Shown here piece by piece: positions 1 to 10,034 of a stretch of DNA of 64,000 nt (the stretch's first letter is position 1; every line of letters starts with the position of its first letter). This DNA comes from Pirellulales bacterium. Lineage in GTDB: Bacteria > Planctomycetota > Planctomycetia > Pirellulales > PALSA-1355. The translations under genes were made by a program, and so were the position numbers. The stretch spans positions 96,001 to 160,000 of the forward strand of contig CAVTBU010000006.1 of assembly GCA_963733035.1 (NCBI GenBank), in the 5' to 3' direction. Below the pieces are notes generated by a model. It had not been told where the DNA came from, made no database searches, and worked only from the letters and a program-made list of their open reading frames with translations.

Positions 1-60
1 CTACGGTCCGTGTCGTTTTTCAGCCGCCATTCTCTCGTTTCCGGCTGGAGTCTATATCTC

Positions 61-1686
61 ATGGTCGCCGAACTCGAACCTGCTCCAGAAACTCCGCCTC
101 GTCGAAATTTGCCCCGGCGAACGTGGATGCCCATTGGTGCGCTCGTGGTAGCAGCCATTGCGTTGGTGGGCGTGCAGTTCATTTCCGAAAGCCTGCTTGA
201 CCTCGGGTCGAGGCGGATCGTGAGCTTTGTCATCGCCGTGGTGACAGCGATCGTCGTGGCGGCCTGGTTTTTTCTTGCTTCGGGGATCTCCTGGAGGTAT
301 CGAGCGGTTGGCGGCGTGTTGTTGATCGGCGCGATCTCGCTGCTCGTGGTCAGCATTCGCCGTGTTGAGTTTTCCGGCGACATGGTCCCCACGTTTGACT
401 TTCGTTGGATGCAGGACCGCATGGCGGCGCTCGAGGAGCATCGCACCCGCAGCGAAACGACGCTGAAGTTACCAGATCTGACGCAAGTCGAGATTAGCGG
501 CGAGGACATCCTCGAATACCGAGGGCCGCATCGCGATGGGATCGAACCGGGCCCGGCGCTGGCACGCGACTGGACAAAAGTGCCGCCCAAGCTGCTTTGG
601 AAGCAACCAGTAGGTGGCGGCTATGCGTCTTTCCTGGCAGTCGGACCGGTCTTGGTGACGATCGAACAGCGTCGCGACAAGGAGGCAGTTGTCGCCTACG
701 ACGCCGATACCGGAGCCGAGCGGTGGGTCTATGAATATCCGGCACTGTTCAGCGAGACGCTTGGCGGCGATGGACCACGCGGGACCCCCACCTTTCACGA
801 TGGAAAGATCTATGCTCTGGGGGCAACCGGACAGTTGACGGCAATTGACTTTGCCAGCGGCAAGGAAATCTGGCAGGTCAACATTCTGAGTGAAAACGAG
901 TGCGGCAACCTCGACTGGGGCATGAGCGGTTCGCCGCTGATCTACGACGGCGTGGTGGTCGTAAATCCGGGCGATCAGAAAGGCACCGAGGCCAGCCGCG
1001 CGATCGTGGCTTACGACCTCGTCGATGGGAAACGGCGCTGGGCCGCGGGCCGCGCCAAGTCGAGTTATGCTTCACCGATGCTGGTAACGCTGGGTGGCGC
1101 ACAGCAAGTATTGATCTTCGACGGCGTGGGCGTGGCCGGCTGTGACCCGACGGACGGACGCGAATGGTGGCGTTTTCCGTGGAAGAGCGACTTTGATATC
1201 AACGCCGCTCAGCCGGTGGTGCTTGATGAAGAAAGAGTGTTGATCACTTCGGCTACCGGCACGGCACTGTTGCGCGTTACCGCGGATGGCGACAAGTGGG
1301 CGGTCGACCAGGTCTGGCAGAGTCGGCGGATGAAGGGGGGCTATGCCAGCCCCATCGCTCGTGAGGGTTATCTCTACGGGCTGGACGGAAGCATCCTGGC
1401 CTGTCTCGACTTGGCAAATGGCAAATTGAAATGGAAGGACCGTAGCGGCCAGTTTGGCCACGGCCAAATACTGCTGCGCGACGATTTGCTCTTGGTGCTC
1501 GGTGAAGCCGGTGAATTAGCCCTGGTCGAAGCGAGCTCGGAAAAGTTCAATGAGTTGGGACGCATTCAGGCAGTCGAAGGCAAGACCTGGAACGTACCGG
1601 TGTTGGTCGGAAATCGGATCTATGTCCGCAATCACTTGGAGATGGCCGCATATGAATTGCCGCTCGCGGGCGCGCAGGTGCCGTGA
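61..1686 (+). CDS. PQQ-binding-like (BamB-type) beta-propeller repeat protein with N-terminal transmembrane helices
   Basis: ORF 10..1686; ATG at 61 is the more likely start. Three N-terminal hydrophobic segments, then the planctomycete-typical YRGPHRDG...LLWKQPVGGGYAS, GPRGTPT, SSYASP and KTWNVPV Trp-docking repeats. Confidence 0.85.
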   Translation: MVAELEPAPETPPRRNLPRRTWMPIGALVVAAIALVGVQFISESLLDLGSRRIVSFVIAVVTAIVVAAWFFLASGISWRYRAVGGVLLIGAISLLVVSIRRVEFSGDMVPTFDFRWMQDRMAALEEHRTRSETTLKLPDLTQVEISGEDILEYRGPHRDGIEPGPALARDWTKVPPKLLWKQPVGGGYASFLAVGPVLVTIEQRRDKEAVVAYDADTGAERWVYEYPALFSETLGGDGPRGTPTFHDGKIYALGATGQLTAIDFASGKEIWQVNILSENECGNLDWGMSGSPLIYDGVVVVNPGDQKGTEASRAIVAYDLVDGKRRWAAGRAKSSYASPMLVTLGGAQQVLIFDGVGVAGCDPTDGREWWRFPWKSDFDINAAQPVVLDEERVLITSATGTALLRVTADGDKWAVDQVWQSRRMKGGYASPIAREGYLYGLDGSILACLDLANGKLKWKDRSGQFGHGQILLRDDLLLVLGEAGELALVEASSEKFNELGRIQAVEGKTWNVPVLVGNRIYVRNHLEMAAYELPLAGAQVP

Positions 1687-1799
1687 GCGGTTGTTCCACC
1701 GAGAAGGTCTTTTCGGGGCCTTCACCGAGCCTACCGCTGCCGTTTCGCGCTTTCATCCGCATTGGAATCTTCATCACAAATAATCCATAACGATCTGCC

Positions 1800-2234
1800 A
1801 TGCCTCCCGTTTTTCGTCGACTCGATCACATTTCCATTGGTGTCAGGGATTTTGAAGCGGCACGTCGATTGTTCGTTGACGTGCTCGGGGGCGAGCCGCT
1901 CCGCGACGTCGGCAAGAACGAGGCCGAGAATTTTCAGTGGACGACGTTCCTGCTAGGTGGCAAGAAGATGGAACTGGTGGCCGCTATCACGCCTGGTGAA
2001 GGAGGCGTAGGTCGCTACGTCGAGAAACACGGCGAAGGCTACCACCACATTTCAATTAGCGTCGAGAGTCTGGAAAAGGCGATCACGTACTTCGAGTCGC
2101 AAGGGCTTCGCGTGCTTGCGCCAAATACCCAGGACCCGAATTGGAAGCACTGCTACTTGCACCCACAAGATACCCATGGCGCACTGATCCAGGTCTTCGA
2201 AGAGAACGAAAAGACCCTTGGGCATGCGCAGTGA
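1800..2234 (+). CDS. VOC/glyoxalase family protein, methylmalonyl-CoA epimerase-like
   Basis: LDHISIGV, MELV, GEGYHHISI and LHPQDTHGALIQ motifs. Confidence 0.85.
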   Translation: MPPVFRRLDHISIGVRDFEAARRLFVDVLGGEPLRDVGKNEAENFQWTTFLLGGKKMELVAAITPGEGGVGRYVEKHGEGYHHISISVESLEKAITYFESQGLRVLAPNTQDPNWKHCYLHPQDTHGALIQVFEENEKTLGHAQ

Positions 2235-2319
2235 GCGCACGATAAAAGACGACGCGTAGATGTTCCCAGCAACGCCGTTAACTGGACTTTTGATTTCGGG
2301 TCCGTGCGGCTCGCGGTTG

Positions 2320-3690
2320 CTATTGTTTCGTCGCGACGCTGGTGGGGGCGATACAGTAGATTCGAGCGCTGGTGCGAATGAGGAGTTTGTCGCCCACGAC
2401 GACTGGCGTGGCCATGCCCATATCGTCCGGTGCGAGCGGGTTCTTGTGTAGCACTTCAAATTCCTGGCCGCCTTTGATGACGAATGTGACGCCGTCTTCG
2501 TTCAGGCAGAACAGCTTGCCGCCGTATGCCAAGGGGGAACTCGTGAAGGCCCGGCCGTTGGGAATGCGTTTGCGAGGATAGACTTCTTCGCCCGTCTTGG
2601 GATCATAGGCTGTCATGAAGCCGCGATCGTAGAGGATATTCATCACGCCTTTATAAATGATGGGCGTGGGATGGTAGGGCCCCATTTTGGCCGAGGACCA
2701 AACGACGTAGTCGTTGGTCGTAGCTGGCTCGACGGGTGAAATGTCGCCGCTGGCGCCCGGACGTATCGCATACACGGGATTCTCACCCCACAGGACGTGT
2801 CCGGCGATCAGGTAGAGCAGGCCGTCGTACGCAAACGGCGTGGGAATGGCCAAGATGGATTTGCCCTTGATCTTCCAAAGCAGATTGCCGTCGAGATCGT
2901 AGGAACGCGCCCAGCCGACACCGGATGTAACGATTTCGGTGCGCAGGTCGTTTTTCCAAATGAACGGCGTCGCGTAGTTTGTCTTTTCATCTTCGCGATC
3001 GACGCGCAGCTTTTCCTCGCCGGTCTTCTTGTCGAGTGCCAGCAAATACGACTGCTGTTCGTTGTCATTGACGAGGTAGATGCGATCTTTGTGCAGTACC
3101 GGGGAGATGGACGTGCCCCAACCATATTGCGTTTCCTGGGGTGGCAATAGTTTGTTCCAAAGGGGCTTGCCGTCCATATCGTAGACAAATAGCCCGATGT
3201 TGCCGAAGTAGGCATACACGCGCTCGCCGTCGGTAGTGGGCGTTTCAGAAGCCAACGTGTTCTTGAGATGATGAGGCTTGGGCGGAATTGCCGTATGCGC
3301 GGTCTGCTCCCAAAGCTTCTTGCCGGTGTTTAAGTCCAGGCAAAGGACCTTCCACTCATGCGGATCCTTCGGCTTGGGATACTTGTTGGCATCGACGTCC
3401 TCGATGTACAGACCTTTGCGAGGTTCGGTCGTCTTGCCGGTGTTGACACAAGTCGTCAAGTAGACGCGACCATCCCACACGATCGGCGACGACCAGGCCA
3501 ACCCCGGCACGTCAGTCTTCCAGAGGACATTTTCCGTGGCCGTCCAATGGTCGGGCGGAAGCGGGCCACTTTCGTCCGGCATGCGCCCGGCCAGGAACTG
3601 AGGCACGTTGATTTCCGCCCCCAGCGCTGACTCAATGAGCAATCCGGCTCCCACTGCGGCCATAACTGCCAGCGATACGATGCGCGTCAT
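2320..3690 (-). CDS. Secreted PQQ-binding-like beta-propeller repeat protein
   Basis: Signal peptide MTRIVSLAVMAAVGAGLL; ENVLWKTDVPGLAWSSPIVW, ASETPTTDGERVYAYFG and FTSSP repeats. Confidence 0.85.
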   Translation of the reverse strand: MTRIVSLAVMAAVGAGLLIESALGAEINVPQFLAGRMPDESGPLPPDHWTATENVLWKTDVPGLAWSSPIVWDGRVYLTTCVNTGKTTEPRKGLYIEDVDANKYPKPKDPHEWKVLCLDLNTGKKLWEQTAHTAIPPKPHHLKNTLASETPTTDGERVYAYFGNIGLFVYDMDGKPLWNKLLPPQETQYGWGTSISPVLHKDRIYLVNDNEQQSYLLALDKKTGEEKLRVDREDEKTNYATPFIWKNDLRTEIVTSGVGWARSYDLDGNLLWKIKGKSILAIPTPFAYDGLLYLIAGHVLWGENPVYAIRPGASGDISPVEPATTNDYVVWSSAKMGPYHPTPIIYKGVMNILYDRGFMTAYDPKTGEEVYPRKRIPNGRAFTSSPLAYGGKLFCLNEDGVTFVIKGGQEFEVLHKNPLAPDDMGMATPVVVGDKLLIRTSARIYCIAPTSVATKQ

Positions 3691-3889
3691 CGGCTCGACT
3701 CCCACGAAGTGAAAAATGCGTGAAATGGATCGCCTCGCCTCGGTTGTGCTCCGTGCCGGGGTACCGTGCGGACGTGGTTGATGCTAACCGCCCATTTCGA
3801 CGAGCGTCAAGCATTTGTCGCAGAATCTCATCAGGGGCGTGCGCCTCGACGCTCGGGCGTGGTCGTGAATTGTCGGAAAAACGTCGCGG

Positions 3890-6800
3890 TCAGGGTGCCT
3901 CGATCGTTACTGCCATCACCACGGGGGCCGTGGCATCCGGACCTTTGACCAGTTCGATTCGATCGATTGGGTCTGTGCGTTTGGGTCGGATGGAAAGGTA
4001 ACGCAATTGACGCCCCTCCAGATCAAAAGCGAACTTCGACGCGGGCACGTCGACGCGTCGAATATAGTCTGCCAGATGGATGCCGTTGCAGAGCTCGTGA
4101 TCTTCGGTCGTGCCGTCTGCATAGTGCAAACGCACAATCAGGCTTACCGATCCTTTCTTACCGAGTGGATGGCCCCAACCGCTAATGCCGCCAAGGAGGT
4201 GGATCGCTTTGGCCGGCGCGTGGCAGGGCAGGCCGACCGACTTGGGCATTTCGGCGGTTAGCGAGCCGTTTGGACTAAACAGTAGGACGGCATTGGGTAC
4301 CCTTTCACCTTGCGGATCAACCAGTTGGAAGGGAACCCCGGCAAACGATTTCGGTTTCCAGTCGTCAAATACGAGTCGCTCGACCGGAGCATCAAGGTTT
4401 TGGAACATGCCGCGCGTGCTGACGGACGTGGCGACCTTGTCCAGCGGCAGCGGCAGGTACTTGCCGCGCTGGGTGAGAAACTCGAGTAGATCCACTAGCG
4501 CCTGCGGTTCAATCTGCTTTTCGAAGCCCTCGGGCATTAGCGACTTGGGAGACGCGACCAACTGATCGATGTTCTCGCGAAGCACGGCATGCTTTTTTCC
4601 TTCAGCATCAAAAAGCTCCACCGCCGCCTTGGATTCGGCCGCAAGCAGGCCCGTCAGAACCTGGCCGTCGGCCGTGGCCAGCGTATAAACACGGAAGTTG
4701 CCTTCAACACTTCGGCTGGGGTCAAGAATGTTTTCCAGGAGCTCACCCTTTGAATGCACCGCCATGCCAGTAAGGTCGGGACCGATGCGCGTACCGTCGC
4801 TGCCATGCACGTGGCACTTGGAGCATTGCTTGAGAAAGACTTCCTTGCCGCGCACGGCGTCGCCAGTTTGCGATGCTAGAGGCAAGAGCTCGGTAAACAC
4901 CTTCCTCCGGTCGGGGCTGGGCAGTACGCCGCCCCGCGACAACAACTCCTTGGCCTGCTTGCGAATTGCCGAATTGGGGTTCTCGGAGAGAGCCCGCTGT
5001 TGATCGAGTGAGAGATCGCTCCAGCGCAGCTTGCCGTCGGACAGGGCGTTGAGCAGCGTGCTGGTCCAACTTGGCCTCGCGAGCAGCACGCTCACTCCGG
5101 TCGCTCGAACCGCAGGCGTCAGCGCCGGCAATCGCTCCGCCATCCGTCGGCCAACGTCAGCCGATTGGCTTGCGGCCAGAGAGTTTAACAGGCCTTTCGC
5201 CAGTTCCGGGTCCATTCGCGGCGTAATCACCGCCAGCAGCGAATCGACGGTTTCGACATCGTCGCCGCGCAAGGCCATCAGATTTCGCGCCGCGTCGACT
5301 CTCTGTTTCGAGCCAACGGAATCGTCGTCGATGCGCGAAATGAAGGTGGCGACCAATTCCGCGGCCAATCTGTCGAAGTGGTGGCTTCCCCAGCGCTCGA
5401 CCAACTGAACCATGAGCGCTCGACCTTCCAGGCTAAGGCGGGGCACGATACCGTCAAGCGCTCCCTTCACGCGGTCCAATGCGGGAGGTTGTTCGATTGG
5501 CCAACCTGCGGCTGTCCCGCGGACCACAACTTCGGCCATGGCGGGCGGCATCTTGGCGAGCGGCGCGACGAGCCAGACGACCGAATCGTGGGGTCCGCTC
5601 CGCGCCCGGTGCTCCGTGACGATTTGGGAGATCCGCAACAGATTCTCGTGCGGAGGGTCAACGTTGGCGGCCGCGGACAAGAACGTTTCACTGTTGGTCG
5701 CCGCCGCACAGATCACGGCATCCTCGATCCAACGATCCCTAGCAGTCGACTCATCCTGCGCGAGATCGACCAGGATCGGGCCGAGTTCGCTGCGCGGAGG
5801 GCCATCGGCCATGGCCAAAAGGGCTGCAAGCCGAACTTGCGGATCGCTGTCGGCCAACAGCCCACCTTCAATCATCGCCGCGAGGGAACCCTCATTGGCC
5901 GGCAACACTTGAATCGCGTTACGCCGTACGCCGGCGGACGGATGCTTCAACGCCAGGAAAGCAGCCGACATTGCCTCGGGTTGCGAGCCATCGAGTGCAC
6001 TCAGTCCGTGCATCGTCCACAGCGCATGAATGGCACCGACGTTCAATCCGATTGCATCGACCGTATGATCGCTCGCCAACTCGATGAGCGCCGGTAGCAC
6101 ATCGAGTTGATTGCGCTCGACCAGCAGTCGTTGGGCGTGCCGCCGCCAGAAGAGGTTGGAATGGGCGAGCGCTTTGACGAGATTTTCGGGCGCGGTCTCA
6201 GACAGGTTGAACCGAGTGGGGGGCTCGCGGTCTGGTGCGTCATACACTACCCGATAGATTCTCGCGTGCCGCTTGTCGCGCAGATCGGTCTCGTAGGCGC
6301 GTCCCTTACCGGTGCTGAAACCAAGAGGCGTGGGATTGTGTTGCACGATGAAGTTGTACCAATCGACGACCCACATATTGCCATCCGGGCCCACGTCGGC
6401 CATTGTCGGCGCGCACCATTCATCGTCGCTCGACAGTAAATTGAAGGGACTCGTCGAACGAAATCCGGCGCCCGCCGGCGCGAGAACGAACGTACCGACC
6501 AGGTGGCCCGTCGGGCCGCAGACGAACGCGGTACGGTTCCAGTACTCGCGCGGATAGCGGCGGGCCGTATACAGAGCATGGCCGGCGGCGGCAGTGTAGC
6601 CGCCGAAGTGGTCCATTTGCCGAACTTTCACGGTGCTTGGCTTGAATAAGTGCGTGTCGGCGATCGATTCGAGCACTAGCGATGGAGTCCAGCCTCGCAC
6701 ACGTTCGTAGTAGCGATTCGGAATTGGCATGAAGACGCTGGGATTGCGATTCGCCGTGGAGGCGAAGATCAATCCGTCCTCGCTGATTCCCAGGCCCCAG

Positions 6801-7621
6801 GTGTTATTGTCGGTGGAGCGGACGAATTCGAGTTCCGAGCCGTCGGGGCGAAATCGAAGAATGCCCTGACGAAAGCGATGTTCATGATCGCCCACGACGA
6901 GTCGCGAGTCGTTGTAGCCCTGAGTAGCCCAAATCCAATTGTCCAGGCCATATCGCATGTTGCTGGGGCCGGCGTGCGTATCGCGCTGGTTCCAGGTGCC
7001 AAAGAGCACGCGCCTCTCATCAGCCACGTCGTCGCCATTGGTGTCTTTCAGAAACACGGTCTGCGGACCGTCGAAGACGATCACACCGCCATTGGCGAAC
7101 GTCAGGCTGGTTGGAATGCTCAGTTGTTCGGCGAAAACGGTGAATTTGTCGGCCCGGCCGTCGAGGTCGGTGTCCTCGCAAATACGAATTCGATCGCGCC
7201 CCTCGCCGGCCGGCTGTTGCTCGTTCGGGTAGTCGTACGTCTCACAGAGCCATAAACGCCCACGCTCATCCCAATTGACGGCAATCGGTTTGCCGCCCAA
7301 GTCGGGTTCGGCGGCGAACAGTTCAACATGAAATCCTTCGGGCACGATGAAGTGTTTGAGCGACTCCTCGGGCGGCAACGGATCCTGCATCTGACTGCGT
7401 GCCTCGCCTTGCACGCCCCACTTTTCGCCTGGCGTGTAGTTAGGAATTTTTTTGCCAACGTCGGTGTAGGTGAACGGAGCCACATCCGTCCGGCGCGGCG
7501 TCATCCTGGGGATCGGAAAATCGACCGTGGTCGTCGTCTTTTCGCTGGTTTCCGCAGCTGACGAACAATTGGTCGCGAAAAACAATCCCGCGCAGATTGT
7601 CGACAGAATCAAGCGACGCAT
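3890..7621 (-). CDS. PVC-type heme-binding CxxCH protein (membrane-bound dehydrogenase domain, HEAT repeats, cytochrome c, C-terminal beta-sandwich)
   Basis: VPEGFHVELFAAEP...WDERGRLW, DTDLDGRADK, LFWRRHAQRLL, GDAVRGKEVFLKQCSKCH, IGPDLTG, ILDPS and SLMPEG motifs. Confidence 0.9.
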   Translation of the reverse strand: MRRLILSTICAGLFFATNCSSAAETSEKTTTTVDFPIPRMTPRRTDVAPFTYTDVGKKIPNYTPGEKWGVQGEARSQMQDPLPPEESLKHFIVPEGFHVELFAAEPDLGGKPIAVNWDERGRLWLCETYDYPNEQQPAGEGRDRIRICEDTDLDGRADKFTVFAEQLSIPTSLTFANGGVIVFDGPQTVFLKDTNGDDVADERRVLFGTWNQRDTHAGPSNMRYGLDNWIWATQGYNDSRLVVGDHEHRFRQGILRFRPDGSELEFVRSTDNNTWGLGISEDGLIFASTANRNPSVFMPIPNRYYERVRGWTPSLVLESIADTHLFKPSTVKVRQMDHFGGYTAAAGHALYTARRYPREYWNRTAFVCGPTGHLVGTFVLAPAGAGFRSTSPFNLLSSDDEWCAPTMADVGPDGNMWVVDWYNFIVQHNPTPLGFSTGKGRAYETDLRDKRHARIYRVVYDAPDREPPTRFNLSETAPENLVKALAHSNLFWRRHAQRLLVERNQLDVLPALIELASDHTVDAIGLNVGAIHALWTMHGLSALDGSQPEAMSAAFLALKHPSAGVRRNAIQVLPANEGSLAAMIEGGLLADSDPQVRLAALLAMADGPPRSELGPILVDLAQDESTARDRWIEDAVICAAATNSETFLSAAANVDPPHENLLRISQIVTEHRARSGPHDSVVWLVAPLAKMPPAMAEVVVRGTAAGWPIEQPPALDRVKGALDGIVPRLSLEGRALMVQLVERWGSHHFDRLAAELVATFISRIDDDSVGSKQRVDAARNLMALRGDDVETVDSLLAVITPRMDPELAKGLLNSLAASQSADVGRRMAERLPALTPAVRATGVSVLLARPSWTSTLLNALSDGKLRWSDLSLDQQRALSENPNSAIRKQAKELLSRGGVLPSPDRRKVFTELLPLASQTGDAVRGKEVFLKQCSKCHVHGSDGTRIGPDLTGMAVHSKGELLENILDPSRSVEGNFRVYTLATADGQVLTGLLAAESKAAVELFDAEGKKHAVLRENIDQLVASPKSLMPEGFEKQIEPQALVDLLEFLTQRGKYLPLPLDKVATSVSTRGMFQNLDAPVERLVFDDWKPKSFAGVPFQLVDPQGERVPNAVLLFSPNGSLTAEMPKSVGLPCHAPAKAIHLLGGISGWGHPLGKKGSVSLIVRLHYADGTTEDHELCNGIHLADYIRRVDVPASKFAFDLEGRQLRYLSIRPKRTDPIDRIELVKGPDATAPVVMAVTIEAP

Positions 7622-7783
7622 CGCGTTTCAATCCCAGGCTAGTCGAGGTCCGGCTGAGTGTCGAAGGAGGGCGAGATTCATCTTAGTTGAGTCGTTGGCC
7701 TGCCAAAAGCGGGCTCGACAACCTTAGAATTGTACAATTCGATTCGACCCGTCGGTCGTCGCTGGCTATCACGAACGTAATCA

Positions 7784-9013
7784 ATGGCTGAAAACATGCA
7801 ATTATCCCGCGATGGCTGGCTTCTCTTCATCACCCGCAGCCTGCGGATGTTCGCCTATGGTTTTCTGTCGGTGGTACTTGTTTTGTACCTCACGGCCGAA
7901 GGGCTGAGCGAGCGGCAGATCGGCTTCTTGATTACGATGACGCTCCTAGGCGACATGGCGGTGTCGCTCTGGCTGACAACGGCGGCAGACCGGATCGGAC
8001 GCAAACGGATCCTGATGTTGGGTGCCTGCATGATGGCGGCGTCTGGCGCTGTGTTTGCCCTGACGAGCGATTTCCTGTTTCTCATCGTCGCGGCGACTAT
8101 TGGAGTGCTTAGCCCCAGCGACAAGGAGGTCGGGCCGTTTTTGGCAATCGAGCAGGCGGCGCTCGCACAAACGGTTTCGGACGAGCGACGTACCGGAGTG
8201 TTCGCCTGGTATCATCTGGCCGGCTCAGTGGCTGCGGCACTGGGCGCCTTGGTCGGCGGCTTTGCCGCGCAGCGGTTCCTCGATTTGGGAGTCACCGGGG
8301 CGGCCGTTTATCGTCCGCTTGTGGTGGCATATGCCGGGGTGGGAGTCGCTCTTGCGTTTGGTTTTGCGTGGCTAAGTTCAGCCGCCGAAGCGGCACGCTC
8401 GGAAAGGCCATCCGATCGCAAGCTATGGCTCGGCCTTCATCGCTCGCGCGGCGTTGTGTTGCGGCTTTCGGCCCTGTTCGCCCTCGACGCGTTCGGCGGT
8501 GGATTCATCCTGCAAAGCATCATGGCCTATTGGTTCTATGTCCGCTTTCATCTCGAGCCCGCCACGCTGGGAAGTATTTTCTTCGTTGCCAATCTTTTCG
8601 CCGCGGCGTCGGCTTTGGCGGCCGCATCGCTAGCCCGAAAGTTTGGCTTGATTAACACGATGGTTTTCACCCACCTGCCCTCGAATGTGCTGCTCATGCT
8701 CGTGCCGCTGATGCCAACCGTGGAGTTGGCGATCGCGGTACTGTTGGTGCGGTTCAGTATTTCGCAGATGGACGTGCCGACGCGGCAGTCATACACAATG
8801 TCAGTCGTCGATCCGGATGAACGCTCGGCTGCCTCCGGCGTGACGACCGTGGCTCGCAGCATTGGGGCGGCGATTTCTCCGACCCTGGCCGGTTACCTGC
8901 TGGCCGACCCGCGGCTGCTGAACTGGCCGTTTTTTATCGCCGGAGGAGTGAAGATCGTCTACGACCTGTGGCTTTATCGTGCGTTTGTCAGGCACGACGT
9001 GCTGACGCACTAG
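7784..9013 (+). CDS. MFS transporter
   Basis: About 12 hydrophobic segments; motif A ADRIGRKR; SQMDVPTRQSY. Confidence 0.9.
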   Translation: MAENMQLSRDGWLLFITRSLRMFAYGFLSVVLVLYLTAEGLSERQIGFLITMTLLGDMAVSLWLTTAADRIGRKRILMLGACMMAASGAVFALTSDFLFLIVAATIGVLSPSDKEVGPFLAIEQAALAQTVSDERRTGVFAWYHLAGSVAAALGALVGGFAAQRFLDLGVTGAAVYRPLVVAYAGVGVALAFGFAWLSSAAEAARSERPSDRKLWLGLHRSRGVVLRLSALFALDAFGGGFILQSIMAYWFYVRFHLEPATLGSIFFVANLFAAASALAAASLARKFGLINTMVFTHLPSNVLLMLVPLMPTVELAIAVLLVRFSISQMDVPTRQSYTMSVVDPDERSAASGVTTVARSIGAAISPTLAGYLLADPRLLNWPFFIAGGVKIVYDLWLYRAFVRHDVLTH

Positions 9014-9038
9014 ACGGTTTATCGTGGGGTGTCGAAAC

Positions 9039-9833
9039 TCACTTGACCACTTGCACTTGAGGAACGTGCAGATTGAATCGTTCCGCGAGGATGGCAATCA
9101 GTTCCGCGTCATCGCCAATCGTTTTGCAGTATGCGGCACCATCCGGGTGCAACTCCGTGAAGTCGCGTCCCACGAGAAGGTACCGCACGTCCGGTAGCGG
9201 GCGCTGTGCCATCAGTTTCTGCCTGAAGATCGATTCTGGGTGCATCGAAACGAAGAAGTTCGGCGGTTCGAAGTCGATCAGTGGATGGTCGTCACGCGTA
9301 AGCGTGTAAAGGTCGATACAACCATCCGTAATTGGCGCTTGCAAAACCCACCAGCGATCGTTCTCGCGGGCGAGGCGATACTCCCAAGCGCCTTGCCGGC
9401 ACGGACCTTCTTCAAACGGGATTGGTTCCAACAACCCATGTCCGCCAAAACCGACGTCACACAGCCACGACCGCCCATCGGCTTCGACTTCAAGGGCCAT
9501 GTGGGTCAGCGGTAGCATGCGCTCGGCACGAAAGCGGACTCGCGCCAAAAGCCGCTTGAGGCGGAAACCTATTGATTCAAGTGCGCTTGCCAGCAGCATG
9601 TTTTGTTCGAAACAGTAGCCGCCGCGTTTGGCTTGCACGAGTTTGGCCTGCAGACCTTCTGGATCGAGACGAATCGGCAGCCCGGCAAGAACATCGAGGT
9701 TCTCAAAGGGAATGTGCGTTGCATGCGCAAAATGAATCGCTCGCAGAACCTCGGCAGTAGCCTGGCGGGGGCCTGCATATTCAATGCGAGAAAGGTAGGC
9801 GTCGAGTTCAATTGCCGAGTTTTCGGTGGCCAT
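9039..9833 (-). CDS. nat: Arylamine N-acetyltransferase
   Basis: LDAYLSRI, HIPFENLDV, RGGYCFEQN (catalytic Cys), THM (His) and DVGFGG (Asp). Start assigned to ATG at 9833. Confidence 0.92.
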   Translation of the reverse strand: MATENSAIELDAYLSRIEYAGPRQATAEVLRAIHFAHATHIPFENLDVLAGLPIRLDPEGLQAKLVQAKRGGYCFEQNMLLASALESIGFRLKRLLARVRFRAERMLPLTHMALEVEADGRSWLCDVGFGGHGLLEPIPFEEGPCRQGAWEYRLARENDRWWVLQAPITDGCIDLYTLTRDDHPLIDFEPPNFFVSMHPESIFRQKLMAQRPLPDVRYLLVGRDFTELHPDGAAYCKTIGDDAELIAILAERFNLHVPQVQVVK

Positions 9834-10034
9834 GGGGATACCTTCGGTGCCTTTAGTCGGTGGTCGAATGTAGCAGCCACGTTGTCGGTTTCGCGAGCTG
9901 CGGATCGATGGGGACGCACAATGTGGGTCGTGAGGTCTTTGCGAATCGGGTGTTGGACTGGTTTTTGCAATGACACCGCCAGCGGGTTGCTCGGCATCTT
10001 GCCGGTTGCTACTGTCGAGGGCAAGGAGAAACCC

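Noticed and set aside
1700..1725. Intrinsic terminator GAAGGTCT-TTTC-GGGGCCTTC
   Set aside because: A hairpin is present but has no following U-tract, so it is too weak to call.
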